Part shown: positions 26,801 through 39,455 of the stretch, in pieces
Layout of the letters: every line of letters starts with the position of its first letter
How positions within the stretch are numbered: position 1 is the first letter of the stretch
NCBI GenBank assembly: GCA_030141605.1
Contig: JAQGDQ010000079.1
Location: 496,001 to 560,000, forward strand
Length of the DNA stretch: 64,000 nt
Reading direction: 5' to 3'
Source of the DNA: Tubiluchus corallicola
Lineage: Eukaryota; Animalia; Priapulida
Notes under the pieces: generated by a model
The model's input: only the letters and a program-made list of their open reading frames with translations
The model's database searches: none
Told to the model about the DNA's origin: nothing
Program-made: the position numbers and the translations under genes

Positions 26801-29800
26801 AGCAGCAGTTTGTTTAGGTACGGCACCACAGGATTTCTTAGTAGTGGTTGTATCACTAAATTGCTCAAGAGCAAAAACAAAACTTTTACTAACCCTGTCT
26901 AGAAATGAGTTGTTCTTTTTAGCATTTAGACTATTTGTGTTAGACGTATTTTTGTATAATACATTACGGTTAGATTCAGTTGATCTACCAGATACAAAAC
27001 TATCACAGGTAGCTTTACTTACACTACTGTCATTCTCTACACGAATTTCAGATAGAGCATTACTTCTAATAGTTGTTGATTTATTAGGATTACCATCATC
27101 AGCAACAACACTACGACAAGTGTGATCAGCTGACTTAAAGTCAAACTTAAAACTCATTTTGTTTTCACGTGTTCCTTTATCTGCACAATCTAAATTTTTA
27201 GGCAAAGCATGTAATGAAGAACTGCAAGTACTTGTCTGTCTGTGGCGATCCTTTTCGACAGCACTGGTTGTCATCAATGATGCGGAAACTGTATCTGATC
27301 CACTTTTCACGTGGTAAGAACTCTTGGACTTTGTCCCTTCTGAATACCAATTTGTCACAGCAGCATTAGAATTCTCACAACAAGTTTGTGCAAATTGACC
27401 AAGCTTATGCATTCCACTTTGTTGGTCATTCAACATATCAGTGCTTTGACCCGAAACTGTTGTCGGACTCGTAGGACCACTTATATTTGGAGAATGTTCT
27501 GAAATGATATCTTCAGTATCTACTGACTCCAAAGATTCTGGATCATTGAGGGGCCAACAGTGTACATGTTTCTCAGTTTGTGCACAATTAGTCACATCAC
27601 TATATGCATTTGGGACTTCAACGTAATCATATAAACTTGGAAACAACAAGCTCTTTGCAGAAAATTCATGAAATGCATTAGGATCATCCATTTCTATAAA
27701 CTGACCATCATCTAACTCAGATTGATTAATCATTTCATCAACAGTTGTGCGGGCTTCTTCTGTTGCTGTAGAAGTATTACTTTGGCTACAAAGTCTCAAA
27801 ATATCTTCTTTGTAAACTAGAAAAATTCAAAAGCATTTTAAAAAGATACAAGTAGCAAACTGATAAACATATATTCAAAATTTATCAGACAGTATTTTAA
27901 ATAAATATAATGCCTGCTATAAATCATTAATGTACTATGCTGCTTGTAAACCAACCAGAAAATAGCATGGCAGACTGTTTAATTCAATGATTGGTTATTT
28001 TTGAACATATAGCTACTTGTATGGCAACCAGTATGCACATGAAATGCTTACATCTCAAGCAACATGTGCAGGTTATTGACATAGCAAATCTCTGACTACC
28101 GAAGTTCATAATTATATTTCTTTCATACCTGTACCATCTTGAGCTACATATAGACAGATCTGACTCAGTGTTGGATGCAAGGCAAACTCAACTGCTGAAT
28201 CCATAGCTGCCCTGCAAGATAAGCAAATAATTAACTCAGTATGCAGCCAACTCCTTATTAAGACCAACAGGTTAATTTGAAATGGAAGAATGGTACAGAA
28301 ATACACAAGTATAGAAACAAATATGATGTTTTTTATGCTTTAAGTACATTAAATTCAATTATTTTCTTTAAAATAAGTTGGCAGTATCCTTTTCGCAACT
28401 TTAATTATAGTTTGGTACTATAGCACATACAGATGTGTAAAGTGGGATCTTGAAAGGAATTCAAAGTTCACTAAATGAAACTTAGCTTGTTATTGCCAAT
28501 TATTTAAATCTACAACCAAGAAAATCCTATGTAATTTGGTAAGAAAAGAATGAAAAGTAAACTTAATGTGAGGTAAGAATCGTAATTTGGTTTACAAATA
28601 GAGCAGGTATTATAAATTTTGGTTAACTGCAGATGAACTTTTGAATTTTTTTCCAAAGACAGTAGTCTAACATCACATTAATAACCACACTTTAAGTAAA
28701 AAATCTAACACTACCTCATATCACTTACTTTAAAATATAAGCTGCAGATACTGGACCGTACCAATCGCCAGGTTTCTTTCCCATAGTCTCACCAATCCGG
28801 GCTAACCGATGTATGGAAAATGGATGTTGTTTGTCTGGACTGTCAGCAAACCACCGAATAATCTGACGATGAATCATCATGGTGGCCTTTGACTGAGACT
28901 TGTACACGTTCCAGTCTGAAATACATAGCAAAATAGATAACAAAGTTAACTAGTATGCTAAAGTAATTTGAGCTTTCATGCGACTATTATGGTAGTTGGT
29001 TAATTAAAAACTGGCAAACCAGGTTTCAATTTGACTGTTTTCAATTCATTTGTCATAAAATTAATTTACTCTTTTATGTAACTAATCAACGTTTTGCTAT
29101 TAATTCTGTTTTTCATCTCGTGCAACAGTTAATGAAAGCACATAATCACAGTAACCTGATTACGGGCCAGAAAGAGGATGGTTTATTTTGAAGTCCATAA
29201 AAATGAAACAAAAAATTATGATAATTAACACTTTTCTGTTTAACACTTCAATTATCACTGAGGTTTTCTTGGAGCTGTGTTCACGGGTGGTTGAGGCTTA
29301 AATAAAAATTTGGAACTTATTGATGGTGAACAAAAATGTTTATTTTGGCAGTTAACATAAAAAAGCAAGTAAAAGAAGAAAAACACATTAAAGCAATCAA
29401 CCCAGACCTGCCGTGAGTACATGTGCCATCTCTCTCATCTCAGCGTAGAGTGCCTGACCAATTCGCAAACAATGCCTTTGAGCACGCAGCCAAAACTTAG
29501 AAGAATTGCACGCTGGCGCTGTCAACCACATAGCACACTAAACTCACGGCAGTTACAGTACAATTTAAAGAGACTACAATGATGACACAAATTGCCCAAG
29601 TTTAGCAAAGATTTTTAACTTTTTGCTGTAACATGTTAGTTGAGTTCACGCATAAGCAAGCACTTAATGTAAGGTTTAATAAGAATTTGTGAAAAATACA
29701 GGAAATAGTTTAAATCTTTAACGAAATGTTTCGTGCACATGAATCAAGTGCTGAAATGAAAACTGACTGCTAATATATTGTTATGAACACTTTACTATAG

Positions 29801-32800
29801 ATGAATGTTTAGCTAGTATTATATAGATGAATGTTTAGCTAGTATTATGCATAGGTATTGTAAGTAACGCGAGATGGGAAAGCCACACACCTGTCCTTCA
29901 ACAAGTGCATAAGTGGGAAACTATGTTGTCGTCCTAGTTTTATTTCGACGGCTTCAGTCGGCATGTTTTTCGCTATGAAGTAAAGATGTTTTTTCTGTAC
30001 GTTTTACCTGAGGACTATGTAATTTGCTGCAATTTGGCATTTAGCATTTTTACAACTGGGATTACAGTTAAAGGACAGCAACGTTTTCGAGCAGTCCAGA
30101 TATGTTGTGATAGACTTTGTGCACCCTCGGAATTTACAGCCAAATGGATACTTGGGACAGTTTGCTTAATCCGTTATGGTATTAGTACTGTTCATGTGGA
30201 AGGTTGGACTGAAAAACACTGCAGAAATTTACCTGACGCCAGCCTCTGAGGAAGCTAAACCATTCTCGATGTTACCTCACCTACTTCATCTACTGGACAG
30301 TGCAGACTTCATTTACAGTGACATCACCAATGACTTATGTGGCATGCCAAGATGTTAATGGACAGTGAACCATCTCAGTGTGGACAGGTTTTTTGGTGCA
30401 CCTCCCAGGGAAAGAGTAACTAGTGAGTACCTAGTGTATTAGATCTTGATTTGTTTATCTTTAGTTGAATTTTGCCTCGTATTTATTTTTCTTGGTAAAC
30501 AACACTATGTCTAAGAAATTTTGCAACAATTTGAATGTTTGTTTGTTTGAAGTTATACCATGATTTAAGTTTGCTTTATCTGAAAAACAGCTACGCTCTA
30601 GTGATTAAGTATAGTCTTATTGTCTTTGAAAGTACTTTTAATTTTAAACCAAGAGGGAGTGCAGCACTGATTGCTTTTGAAAATTATCTTTGATCATCAC
30701 AAATTTGTTCATTAAATTTTAATCGTTTCTATACACAAAAAAATATGTATTTTGGAGTGCGTCTTTTTGTGAATGTTTAAAAAGTATTTAAATGGTAAAA
30801 ATATCACGAATAGTTCACACTTTGTTTGCTAAACACAATAACAGCAACTCAAAGCCGACACTTAAGATCCCACTCATGATTCAAACCCATATCTTTTGTC
30901 TCAAGGTAAGCCCCGTAGAGGTACCTAGGGGAAACTGATTCAGTTTCTAAACTACTAACATCTGTGTACTACTACCTCACCGCTCAGCTAGGAGTACCAT
31001 ACTAGTTTGGGAATTGTTGAATTAATCTGGTTTAAATAAAGAACAGAAAACAAGTAAAGTTTAAATTTAAAAAGCTTGAATAATGACAAGTACTTAATGA
31101 GAAAATTATAACTATACAGTTTGCAAACCACATTTTACCTCGAGTAAGAAAGTGCACCACTAACGCCTGGGCTAACAGCATCTGAGCAGAACGCAGCATG
31201 CATCCCCAGCCGCAATCTGTAGTTAAATTAGAGCCGGGCAGCATCGGAAACTCTTGTCTGTATGTAAACCAAATTCGTGACGTGAAGTCTTGTTGGAAGT
31301 GATCAAAAACCGACGGAGCATCTTTGTGTTCATTTCTCTCAACTGAAAAAATGGTCAAATTGGTTGGATTTTAATCAAATGTTATTTATTTTAATAAAAA
31401 GAAGTTCGAAGTTTGGAAGACAAAATTAAATAAATTAAAAAATTCTAGGGAATAACCTAAAAACAAGAGAAAATATTAGGTAAGCCTGATCCAAAAAATT
31501 TTATTTAACTTTATGAAAATAAATAAGCGATCTTTGCAAATTACGAGTATGCCAGTGTTTTGTAAGAGAAACACGGCACTCGTAATAGACAATGTGCAGA
31601 CATTTCATAGAATTCCTAGGCATTTCATGTAGTACCTACCCATTTTCAGAAAATATGAAATAAATCTTTTTGATGCAGTGCTTTCAAGCTTTGCCTAAAC
31701 ATTTTGTATAATGGCTGGGATCTATATAAAATGCACGATGTGCTTTGGCAAAGAGTAAAATGAACAAATGAATCCTACTCTTCAACAAAAGTACTTCCAT
31801 CAGCAAAGACTTCCCCCACCCTGAACATCAATTGTGACTAGCACATCACCAACAACACCATTTGAAAGAACAAACACCCAGAACATCGTGTCCACCCTCA
31901 TGACATGCTATCTTCATATGTCATGACATGTCATAATGATGCAGGACACCGAGATTCCTCATCAAATTCTCTTCATTGAACTCACAATAAGCAAAAGACC
32001 ATGAGGGCTCCCCCTTTTGTTGTTACAAAGACCAATTGCAATTCACCCTCAAATAAACAGGAATCAAAGTTATAACATTTAAAAACGAAGCACATTAGCA
32101 TTTTGAAAGTGAAAAAGGAGGAGAGAAGAAAAGTGGCAATAAAGCAAGATCGAGATTCAACAAGCTCAAATGAACCAACAAAAAGTCTCAAATGAACCAA
32201 CAACATTCAAACAAGAATTGGTTTCTTGAATGATCAAAGGCACCACCATAAAAGAGGAAAAACACTGGAACTTAAATTCTTTGATGCGAGAAAAGGCCAA
32301 AGAATGATTGCTTCAAAGAATTTTGTTTCAAATTCACACATTCCATAAAATAAAATTGGCATTATAGAAAATTATACCAGAACACTTGATCATTTATTTT
32401 GTATTTAGGTTACCTCAATTATCTAAGAATTACGTACATGTACTTGGCATAAACAAACTTCTGCACTGTACATAATGCCTAGGAGAAGCGTAGAAGCAAT
32501 TATATTAGATACTTTGCCTGATTCGTTTTGGCACTCCATAAAATGGTTAGGCTTCTACAGAATTCACACTGCCGTTAACATATATACATTGCCAATGCTC
32601 TACAAACATTTTTTAAGCAAATCAATGAAAATACAATACAAACCACATCTGCTATTTTGTGTCGAGTTTCACATTTTTTGCTTTTCCAGCTTAAATGAAT
32701 GTTATTCAAGAAAGTAAATACTATAACTAGTAGTAAAAAGCTACTAAGTAATTTTCCTCTATAATAAAAACGTCATTTTTCAAGAGTGAAGAAATGCATT

Positions 32801-33994
32801 AGAAAAACCTATGTCCCTTGCAGCATTTTTCATTTAGTTATAATCTGACTTACTTATTAAGTAGTACAGTACAAAAGTATTATACATACACATTTCTAAT
32901 GTTATAATCACACAAAATTTTTGATTTTGATAAATAAGTCAAGATTTTATTATATAGAACTAAATTTGCATTTTAAGAGATTTTTTATATTATTATTATG
33001 TAGTGCATTATTCTAATCAACATTTCATTTTATCACAGTGTTATACCTGTTAACTTTGATTCATAGTAGCATTTGCCAAGTAGGTAAATTGGATTCTCCT
33101 TATTGAATGTTGTGTTACTCATTCTAGCTGTCCAGCCTACACAAACAAATAAAACAGTAATTATTGCATTAACATATTAACATTTTACTCTGATGTATGA
33201 CTGAAAGAATCAAGCAGCTCCTTTATGTCATGGTGAAGATCTTTCGAAAACTAATAAAATACTATTCTATTGTTCTTAAAGTTGTTACTTGCAGTTGATG
33301 CGAAATTGCTACTTGCAATGTTTTTACACAAGTAGTCTTTCATATTCCTGTAATTAATATAATACATTATATTCTGTTGGAAACACAATAAAGATTTCTT
33401 ATGCCTGTTATGGACCAATGATGGACCAAACCCATAATTAAATTGATACCAAACTTGAAAAACAGAAGATGTGAAAAAAACTTGAGATACAGCCAAGATT
33501 TGAACTGGGGTGCAATAACTTTTACTTCTAATATTGAATGGCTTGTTACGCAGCCATTAGCTTCCTCATTAGTGTCAAAAACATCACGCTAGATTCATAC
33601 TGTACATCAGTGGCTCCAAAGAAACAACATTGCGTTGCTAAGAAACAAAATGGTCGAAATTAAAGAAAATAATAATTCTGACTTAAATTTATAAAGTTCT
33701 AAGGTTTGATAAATTGATGTTCAGTTGCTCACCATATTTCATATTATTCCACACAGAAATTAGCTTTGTTTTGACCTGTGCTGCTTTTTCATCCCACTCA
33801 TCAGATTCTTTCATGGTAGTTGTTGTAGGTTGACCACTAAGTAGGGAACTACCAGCACGAATCGACTCACTTTTATCAGTTTTTGCTGACTGACTATGAC
33901 GCAAGCGCTGACTGTGAAAGGATTTCTCCTCTTCATTAGCCACTGAATCATCACAAGTTAATGGGAATGACGTAGCTTTACTATTACGACGCAT
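23832..33994 (-). CDS. ATG4D: Cysteine protease ATG4 (ATG4C/ATG4D subfamily), 9 exons, ~870 aa
   Basis: Exons 33994-33733, 33136-33047, 31342-31139 ([13 protein letters not shown], catalytic Cys), 28915-28729 (PFSIH, GDWYGP), 28211-28129 (YVAQDG), 27816-26407 ([15 protein letters not shown]), 26074-25998 (FLDPH, catalytic Asp/His), 24693-24574 ([10 protein letters not shown]), 24011-23832 (ends EEFVFL*). All GT-AG with matching phases; total 2613 nt. WNNMKYGW and the C-terminal FVFL are typical of ATG4C/D; C versus D cannot be resolved. Confidence 0.93.
29796..29847 (+). repeat. Perfect 26-bp tandem duplication
   Basis: tatagatgaatgtttagctagtatta x2. Confidence 0.9.
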
Positions 33995-34419
33995 AGCTAA
34001 CGTAGAGATTTACTACGTTGAGAAATAAAAATCATTATTTTTATGTAATTTATCCATTAACATGTTTTTAAGTAACAATTCTTATATCACTCATAACAGC
34101 AAACACGACATCCAATATATTAGAAACTAGCACTATGGGGCACCTATAACTCTCAAGTACTTTTGTGCTCATAGACAAAGATTTCTTCTAATTCTCACAG
34201 AGCCCTCATTTGCATGCGCGGGTAATTGTGGGCCCTTTTCACCCGAAAGAGGTAATATTATGATAGTATGCAGGATGAATTTGCAAGGTTGATATGGAAA
34301 ACAAAAAGATGTAGTGGAGCTGCTGTGAGAGAAAAGGTTGGATTCTCAGCATTCAAAGAGAGAAGCGAAAGCACGTTTAAAGTATTTGAATAAAATTATA
34401 TTTATGGATAATGACAGAT

Positions 34420-35100
34420 TCAATTCAATTTTATTTTCTCAATAGCAGTTACAATTCGTCATAATTATTTTTACATTTCATTGCAGCTGAGAAGGAGCAG
34501 CGAAAGACCTATTGGTCACTTGTTCAGCTGCCCCTTATTAAAAATACAAGTTTATTCACAGGGTGATGACATTTTTTAGGTGTTTGTGTATGTATAAAAG
34601 GCAAAAGCAACAAAAATCAACTCAAAGCAGAAATGCAATTCAAAGCATAACAAGGAATAACATCAAGCAAAAAATTAATGAAATTTAGCAACAAAAATCT
34701 ACCCAAAGCAAAAATGCAATTCCACTCAGAATAAAAGGAAGTTTTCACAAGCAATGCAAAACGGAATAGTTATAGCAAAAAATTATATGTAACAAAATGA
34801 AACTCAAAGCGAAAATTTTATAAAACAAGACTTGTTAAAAGGGTAATATCCTTTGCCGTGTGTAGTACGATAAGTTCTGACCGGGTTAGAAGAATAACTT
34901 TTTAGCAGACATAAATTTAATTTAGAAGTCTTTGGAAATATTTTGGCACTAGGAGAACTTTCGTAGGATAGGTTGAAGAAAATTACTGACGTAAATTTTT
35001 AGTGAAAAACGTTGAAATGAGTCAATACATAAATTGCAGAACGTCAGGCAATCAGGCCCACTGTATTTTGGCTCTAACAGCTTTTCGATTGCTTATGCCA
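34420..35100 (-). mobile_element. Possible 3' end of a non-LTR element
   Basis: Reverse strand ends in aataaa followed by a (ttgaa)n-like tail at ~34420-34436; upstream sequence is decayed. Confidence 0.3.
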
Positions 35101-35222
35101 GGACTTACTCCCAGCCTCAGCGGTATTTAGATATGAAGCGCATAATAATATACAGGGAAAGTGTGTGTTCATGATTGTTTTTTATATTAAATTCATTAAA
35201 TAGCAGTGAAAGAGAAGATAGA

Positions 35223-35420
35223 ATGGTGAAGCATTGCACTTGGGGCATATGTAATATGGATGTTCAGTACCCAGAAAGATTAGAAGTACGACTTGTTAGT
35301 TTCCTTAATCCAAAAAAAAACACTTAGACAAGTATCATCGTTTGATAGAAGCATGCGCGAGCAACTTGAACAGCTCAACTCATTCAAAATAATAAAAATC
35401 CTGCCGTCTGCTCAAAGTTT
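35223..35420 (+). pseudogene. Frameshifted THAP zinc-finger remnant (DNA-transposon derived)
   Basis: MVKHCTWGICNMDVQYPERLEVRLVSFLNPKK, frameshift, LDKYHRLIEAC..QLN..AVCSK(-)F; follows the THAP C2CH layout with the final His lost. Confidence 0.65.
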
Positions 35421-36124
35421 CCTGACATTTACCTGCTTGCTGCATGTAGAAATGTGACGTGCTATATTAAGACTTAACGCACAGGAATAAGATATTTCAG
35501 ATACTATACTGTACAGCATAACATAAGACTTCATTCGTTGCATGTGAGTGTATGAATGAACACTTGACTCAGTAGACAGTATGTTTTGTAATTATTAAAT
35601 AGTCGTAAAGTTTAGCTCGGCTAACTTAATTGATTTTTATTTAATTTATTCAGGTATATATATATTATATTATAATATGATATAATTTATTGTCATATAT
35701 TACTAGCTAACATTTTGAACATTGTATTATTTTTTCTACTGATAATAAACTAAACTGCTATGTGCTACTACCAAAAAATACCAATAAGCTTGCTGTGTAA
35801 TATGTTAATTGTTAACTTATTAATAACAGTAATTTTAATGATAGTATAGCAATTTAAATATGCTACTTAAACAATCTAGTCAATTGAAACAAATCTCAAA
35901 TGCTACAAATATTTCAAAAAATAAATTACTGAAGCAAAGAAGTACATTATTTACAACCTGTTGTCTGTTTGCGATTTTTAAAACTTTGCTCTTTTCTATT
36001 AATTTTTAAACAAAAGACTTTGGCAGATGACAACACAGGAGCTATCCATGTTCTCACCTTTGTTTAGATGCTATAGCAGCTTGCAGCCAGCGAATGTTTG
36101 TGAGAATGGGTGACGGAAAGGGGT

Positions 36125-36540
36125 TTACAACTATGGCAGAACAAATTTGAAGCATGCTTTACTGCTAATATATATTTTTGGACCAAATCCAAACCACGAT
36201 CTTACTTTGAAAGCTGAATGAATGGATTGTATAATACCGAATTGCTTTTGAGAGCAAGAATTGGTGCTTTGGAAATTAAGGAAATCCACTATTTAGACAG
36301 ATGATAGCTGAACGTGATAGACTTTGTAAGTGTGGTTTGGATTTGGAGAATTTACAACATATTTTACTGTACTGTCCTTATTATAAAAATGAAAGAAATA
36401 TTATGTGGTTATATGGGAAGGAGTTTTATTTGAAAATCATGTGAGTTAGGTGTTATTTAGGATATTGAATTTGGAAAAAAAGCTTCTTACTGATTTAATG
36501 AAGAAACTTGTGAGACAGGAATTGCAAGCCTATTCTAAGT
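36125..36540 (+). mobile_element. Non-LTR retrotransposon ORF2 C-terminal remnant (CCHC knuckle)
   Basis: LQLWQNKF..LLLRARIG..; from 36301 DRLCKCGLDLENLQHILLYCPYYKNER; upstream stop and frameshift. Confidence 0.7.
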
Positions 36541-37589
36541 TTGTGCTTTTTTATTTTCAGTTGAGTAGCAGTTTTGACTGCTCACGTTGATACAAAAAGG
36601 TCCAGATACTGAAGTGAATAAAACTGCCGCACTAATTCCTAACCACACAATACGGTACTGTACTTGGTCCAGTTATAGCAGCAATGATTTATTCTTAAAA
36701 AGCAAGTTTTTCGAACATGCACTTATTCCTTTGTGGTAAACAGTGCTCTCACATACTCAAATAGTTATTATTACGCAATAAACGTAAATTTATGTGTAAG
36801 TGGCTTGAACTTGGTGCAAAGCAAAACTGGACAAAAGTTCATAAATGCTGGGATTTTCTCACTTAATACTTTTTAAAATTAAATTTATCTGCCTCACCAA
36901 ATTTAGTCCACTCACATATACAGTACCTTCATATTAATTAATGCATAACCAATGTTTGCAATCTTATTGCAATTAAACAAACTGTTACAAACACACGGTT
37001 AATTGAAATTTGCTATCAAACTTCGAAGTGCTACAGGAAATGTGAAGAAGTTAAAATGGTGAGCGAATGTGGTAAATTTTAGGCAGCCTATATACTGCAC
37101 CTTACTGTGGTATATCAGCTTGTGCGCCAGATAATCCCCAGCAGCCCGCATGTCTTTGTGACTCACCAAATTGAGCTATTGACTTCAGCTAATCATAAGA
37201 AGGATCATAACTTTTTTATGATTTGCTCTTGAACATGTTTTTGTTTGGCATTGATAGTGGTATATTTGGTTAAATCGTTATATTGACATATTTTATTATG
37301 GGCGTGATGTTGGACAACTGAACGCCTGATGTGATAAGTACAAAGGTTATGTAAGTATGTTCATAGAAATCACATGTATTTGTTTCACAGTCATTTAAAA
37401 GAATGACCACATTAGTGTAAATGTAACAGGAAGAACGGCTTAACTGGAATAAAAACAAAAGCCATAAAAGGATACATGGTTTAATTTTGAAAACTTTATT
37501 AAATGGTCTGGCAGGCGTTTTCATAGTTCAAACATAATTTTTATATAATACCGGATACATGTAGTTGCCTTGCCTTTAGTGCCTCATCA

Positions 37590-38324
37590 ATGGCTTCATT
37601 GAGCTACTTACGTGTGTGCCGTATCCGTCAACTTAATCGGAAAGCTACCGGTTCTGTGATATTTCTGCATGGATCTGGAGACACTGGCGAGGGATTGAAG
37701 TATTGGGTAAATGAGCTTGTACATGACGATATGGACTTCGATTTTCCTCATATTCAAGTTTTGTTTCCGACAGCTCCTGAGCAACCTTATACGGCAGCTA
37801 TGGGACTTTCAAGAACAGTATGGTTTGACAGGGAACAGATAGCTTTAAATGCCACAGAAAAAGTCGATTCTGTTAATGTAATGATGGAGCAGTTATCAAA
37901 GTTAGTAAATGCTGAAATTTCCAACGGCATACCAGCGAAACGGATTGTCTTGGGGGGTTTTTCAATGGGTGGATCTATGGCAATGCATTTAGCATACAGA
38001 AGTTATAACAAAGTTGCTGGTGTTTTTGCTTTGTCAAGTTTCCTTAATGAAAATTCAGAAGTGTATAAAGTGATGAAATCAAACGATTATAATCCACCAC
38101 TGTTTATGTCACACGGAATGAATGATTCACTTGTAGAGTATAACTGGGGGCAGAGTACTTGTGCCCAAATACGAAAAGTTGGTGTGAAAACTGAATTTTA
38201 TAGCTACCCAGGTATGGGACACGAACTTAATGGAGAGAACTTAAAATTGCTAAAGAGTTGGATTTTAGAAAGAGTTCCAGAAATTCCAGATATGCTGGGA
38301 GCATACAGTAAGAATGATAGTTGA
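37590..38324 (+). CDS. LYPLAL1: Lysophospholipase-like protein 1 (acyl-protein thioesterase family), single coding exon, 244 aa
   Basis: FLHGSGDTG, FPTAP, WFDR, GGFSMGG nucleophile elbow, FALSSFL, HG..D.LV (Asp), GMGHEL (His). Confidence 0.92.
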   Translation: MASLSYLRVCRIRQLNRKATGSVIFLHGSGDTGEGLKYWVNELVHDDMDFDFPHIQVLFPTAPEQPYTAAMGLSRTVWFDREQIALNATEKVDSVNVMMEQLSKLVNAEISNGIPAKRIVLGGFSMGGSMAMHLAYRSYNKVAGVFALSSFLNENSEVYKVMKSNDYNPPLFMSHGMNDSLVEYNWGQSTCAQIRKVGVKTEFYSYPGMGHELNGENLKLLKSWILERVPEIPDMLGAYSKNDS

Positions 38325-38995
38325 CATGGCTCCCAAACACCAGTTCATTTTATTTGTGATGTTAAGTGGTGCATAAAAGTCATGCATGTGCGTAACATAA
38401 TCACTTTTCGCAAATTATCTTTCTCACATTTTCAGTGAGTCGATAAAATTTAACGACCTTAATACACTACAAGGTATTTTCATCCCTAAGTTTTGTAGCT
38501 GACAGTTTTGCAAAAAATATGCCAGATAAATTTCAGTAACACAATAGAATGTGAGCTGATTGTATGTATTAGTAAGCTTTGTGCCATAAAAGTGTTGTCT
38601 GATAACATTTAATTGCAAAATAATTAACTTCAGTTTTGTAATTTCCTTATGTATAAAGGTGACATCTGTTTAAATAATTAAGTATCTCTTTTTCCTTCTT
38701 TGTTCTTTTATCTTCTCTTTTTCTCTCGTTCTGGTTTTTCATTCATGCTTTCATTTTTATGAATAATGTTTCGTAGCTCAAAAATACTTATTGTTACGAT
38801 AATTACTTCATTACACAGTTTATGTATGTTTACAAATTTTTGAATAAAAACAATAAAATAAGACAACCCGTGATATATAAAAAGAAAAACGCTATATATA
38901 TCAGAATAAATATTTGTTCATACTGTAAACAATTTGTTGCATACTGTAACTTAAAAAAGTCTCTAAAATGTATTTGATTGTTATATTGCCGAAGT

Positions 38996-39455
38996 CTAAA
39001 ATTCAACTGGTGCTCTACCAACTACAAACAGTTTATGTGATGTAGGACTGACAGGAGTTCTTTGTATACTGGCAGAGTCTCCATATCTGACCATGTTTGA
39101 CTATATCTAGACCTAAACGTGTAATACAATAATCATATCACGTTTTATTGGCAAACAGCCACAAATTTAATACAGTGTTAATAGATACCATCATTGATCC
39201 TTTTTGCAAAACTAAAGTAATAAAATGTGTGATTTATTTCCCATTTTATTTTAATGTATTTGTTTGACCCACTAATTTTCTCTGGTAATATGTAACTGAA
39301 ACTTCTATATTATCCTCATACCCTTTTTTCCGTGTCTTCTGACATCCTCAAAATTCCAAAAAAATGAAATGTTCCAAAAATTATGATGCAGACTCCACCA
39401 CTCTCCATGCTATTATAGCCAATTAAGTTATTTCCAAGTACATAGTTCCAACACC
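38996..39455 (-). pseudogene. Frameshifted tandem duplicate of the last two Amt exons and the intron between them
   Basis: 39112-38996 aligns with 41101-40983 (GLDIVKHG...RTPVSPTSHKLFVVGRAPVEF* vs RIPDSPTADKLIIVGGAPVEF*, 2 nt shorter). About 39420-39322 aligns with the penultimate exon (W..SGGVCIIIFGTFHFFGILRMSEDTEK) with a +2 and a -1 indel; the intron is also similar. Confidence 0.85.

Noticed and set aside
26700-27125. 141-aa + strand ORF
   Set aside because: Antisense shadow of the long ATG4 exon; no independent motifs
29986-30358. Overlapping + strand ORFs in an ATG4 intron
   Set aside because: No recognisable motif; likely decayed repeat sequence
30870-31000. Reverse-strand A-box/B-box-like motifs
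   Set aside because: Spacing too long and no cloverleaf; at most an old SINE fragment
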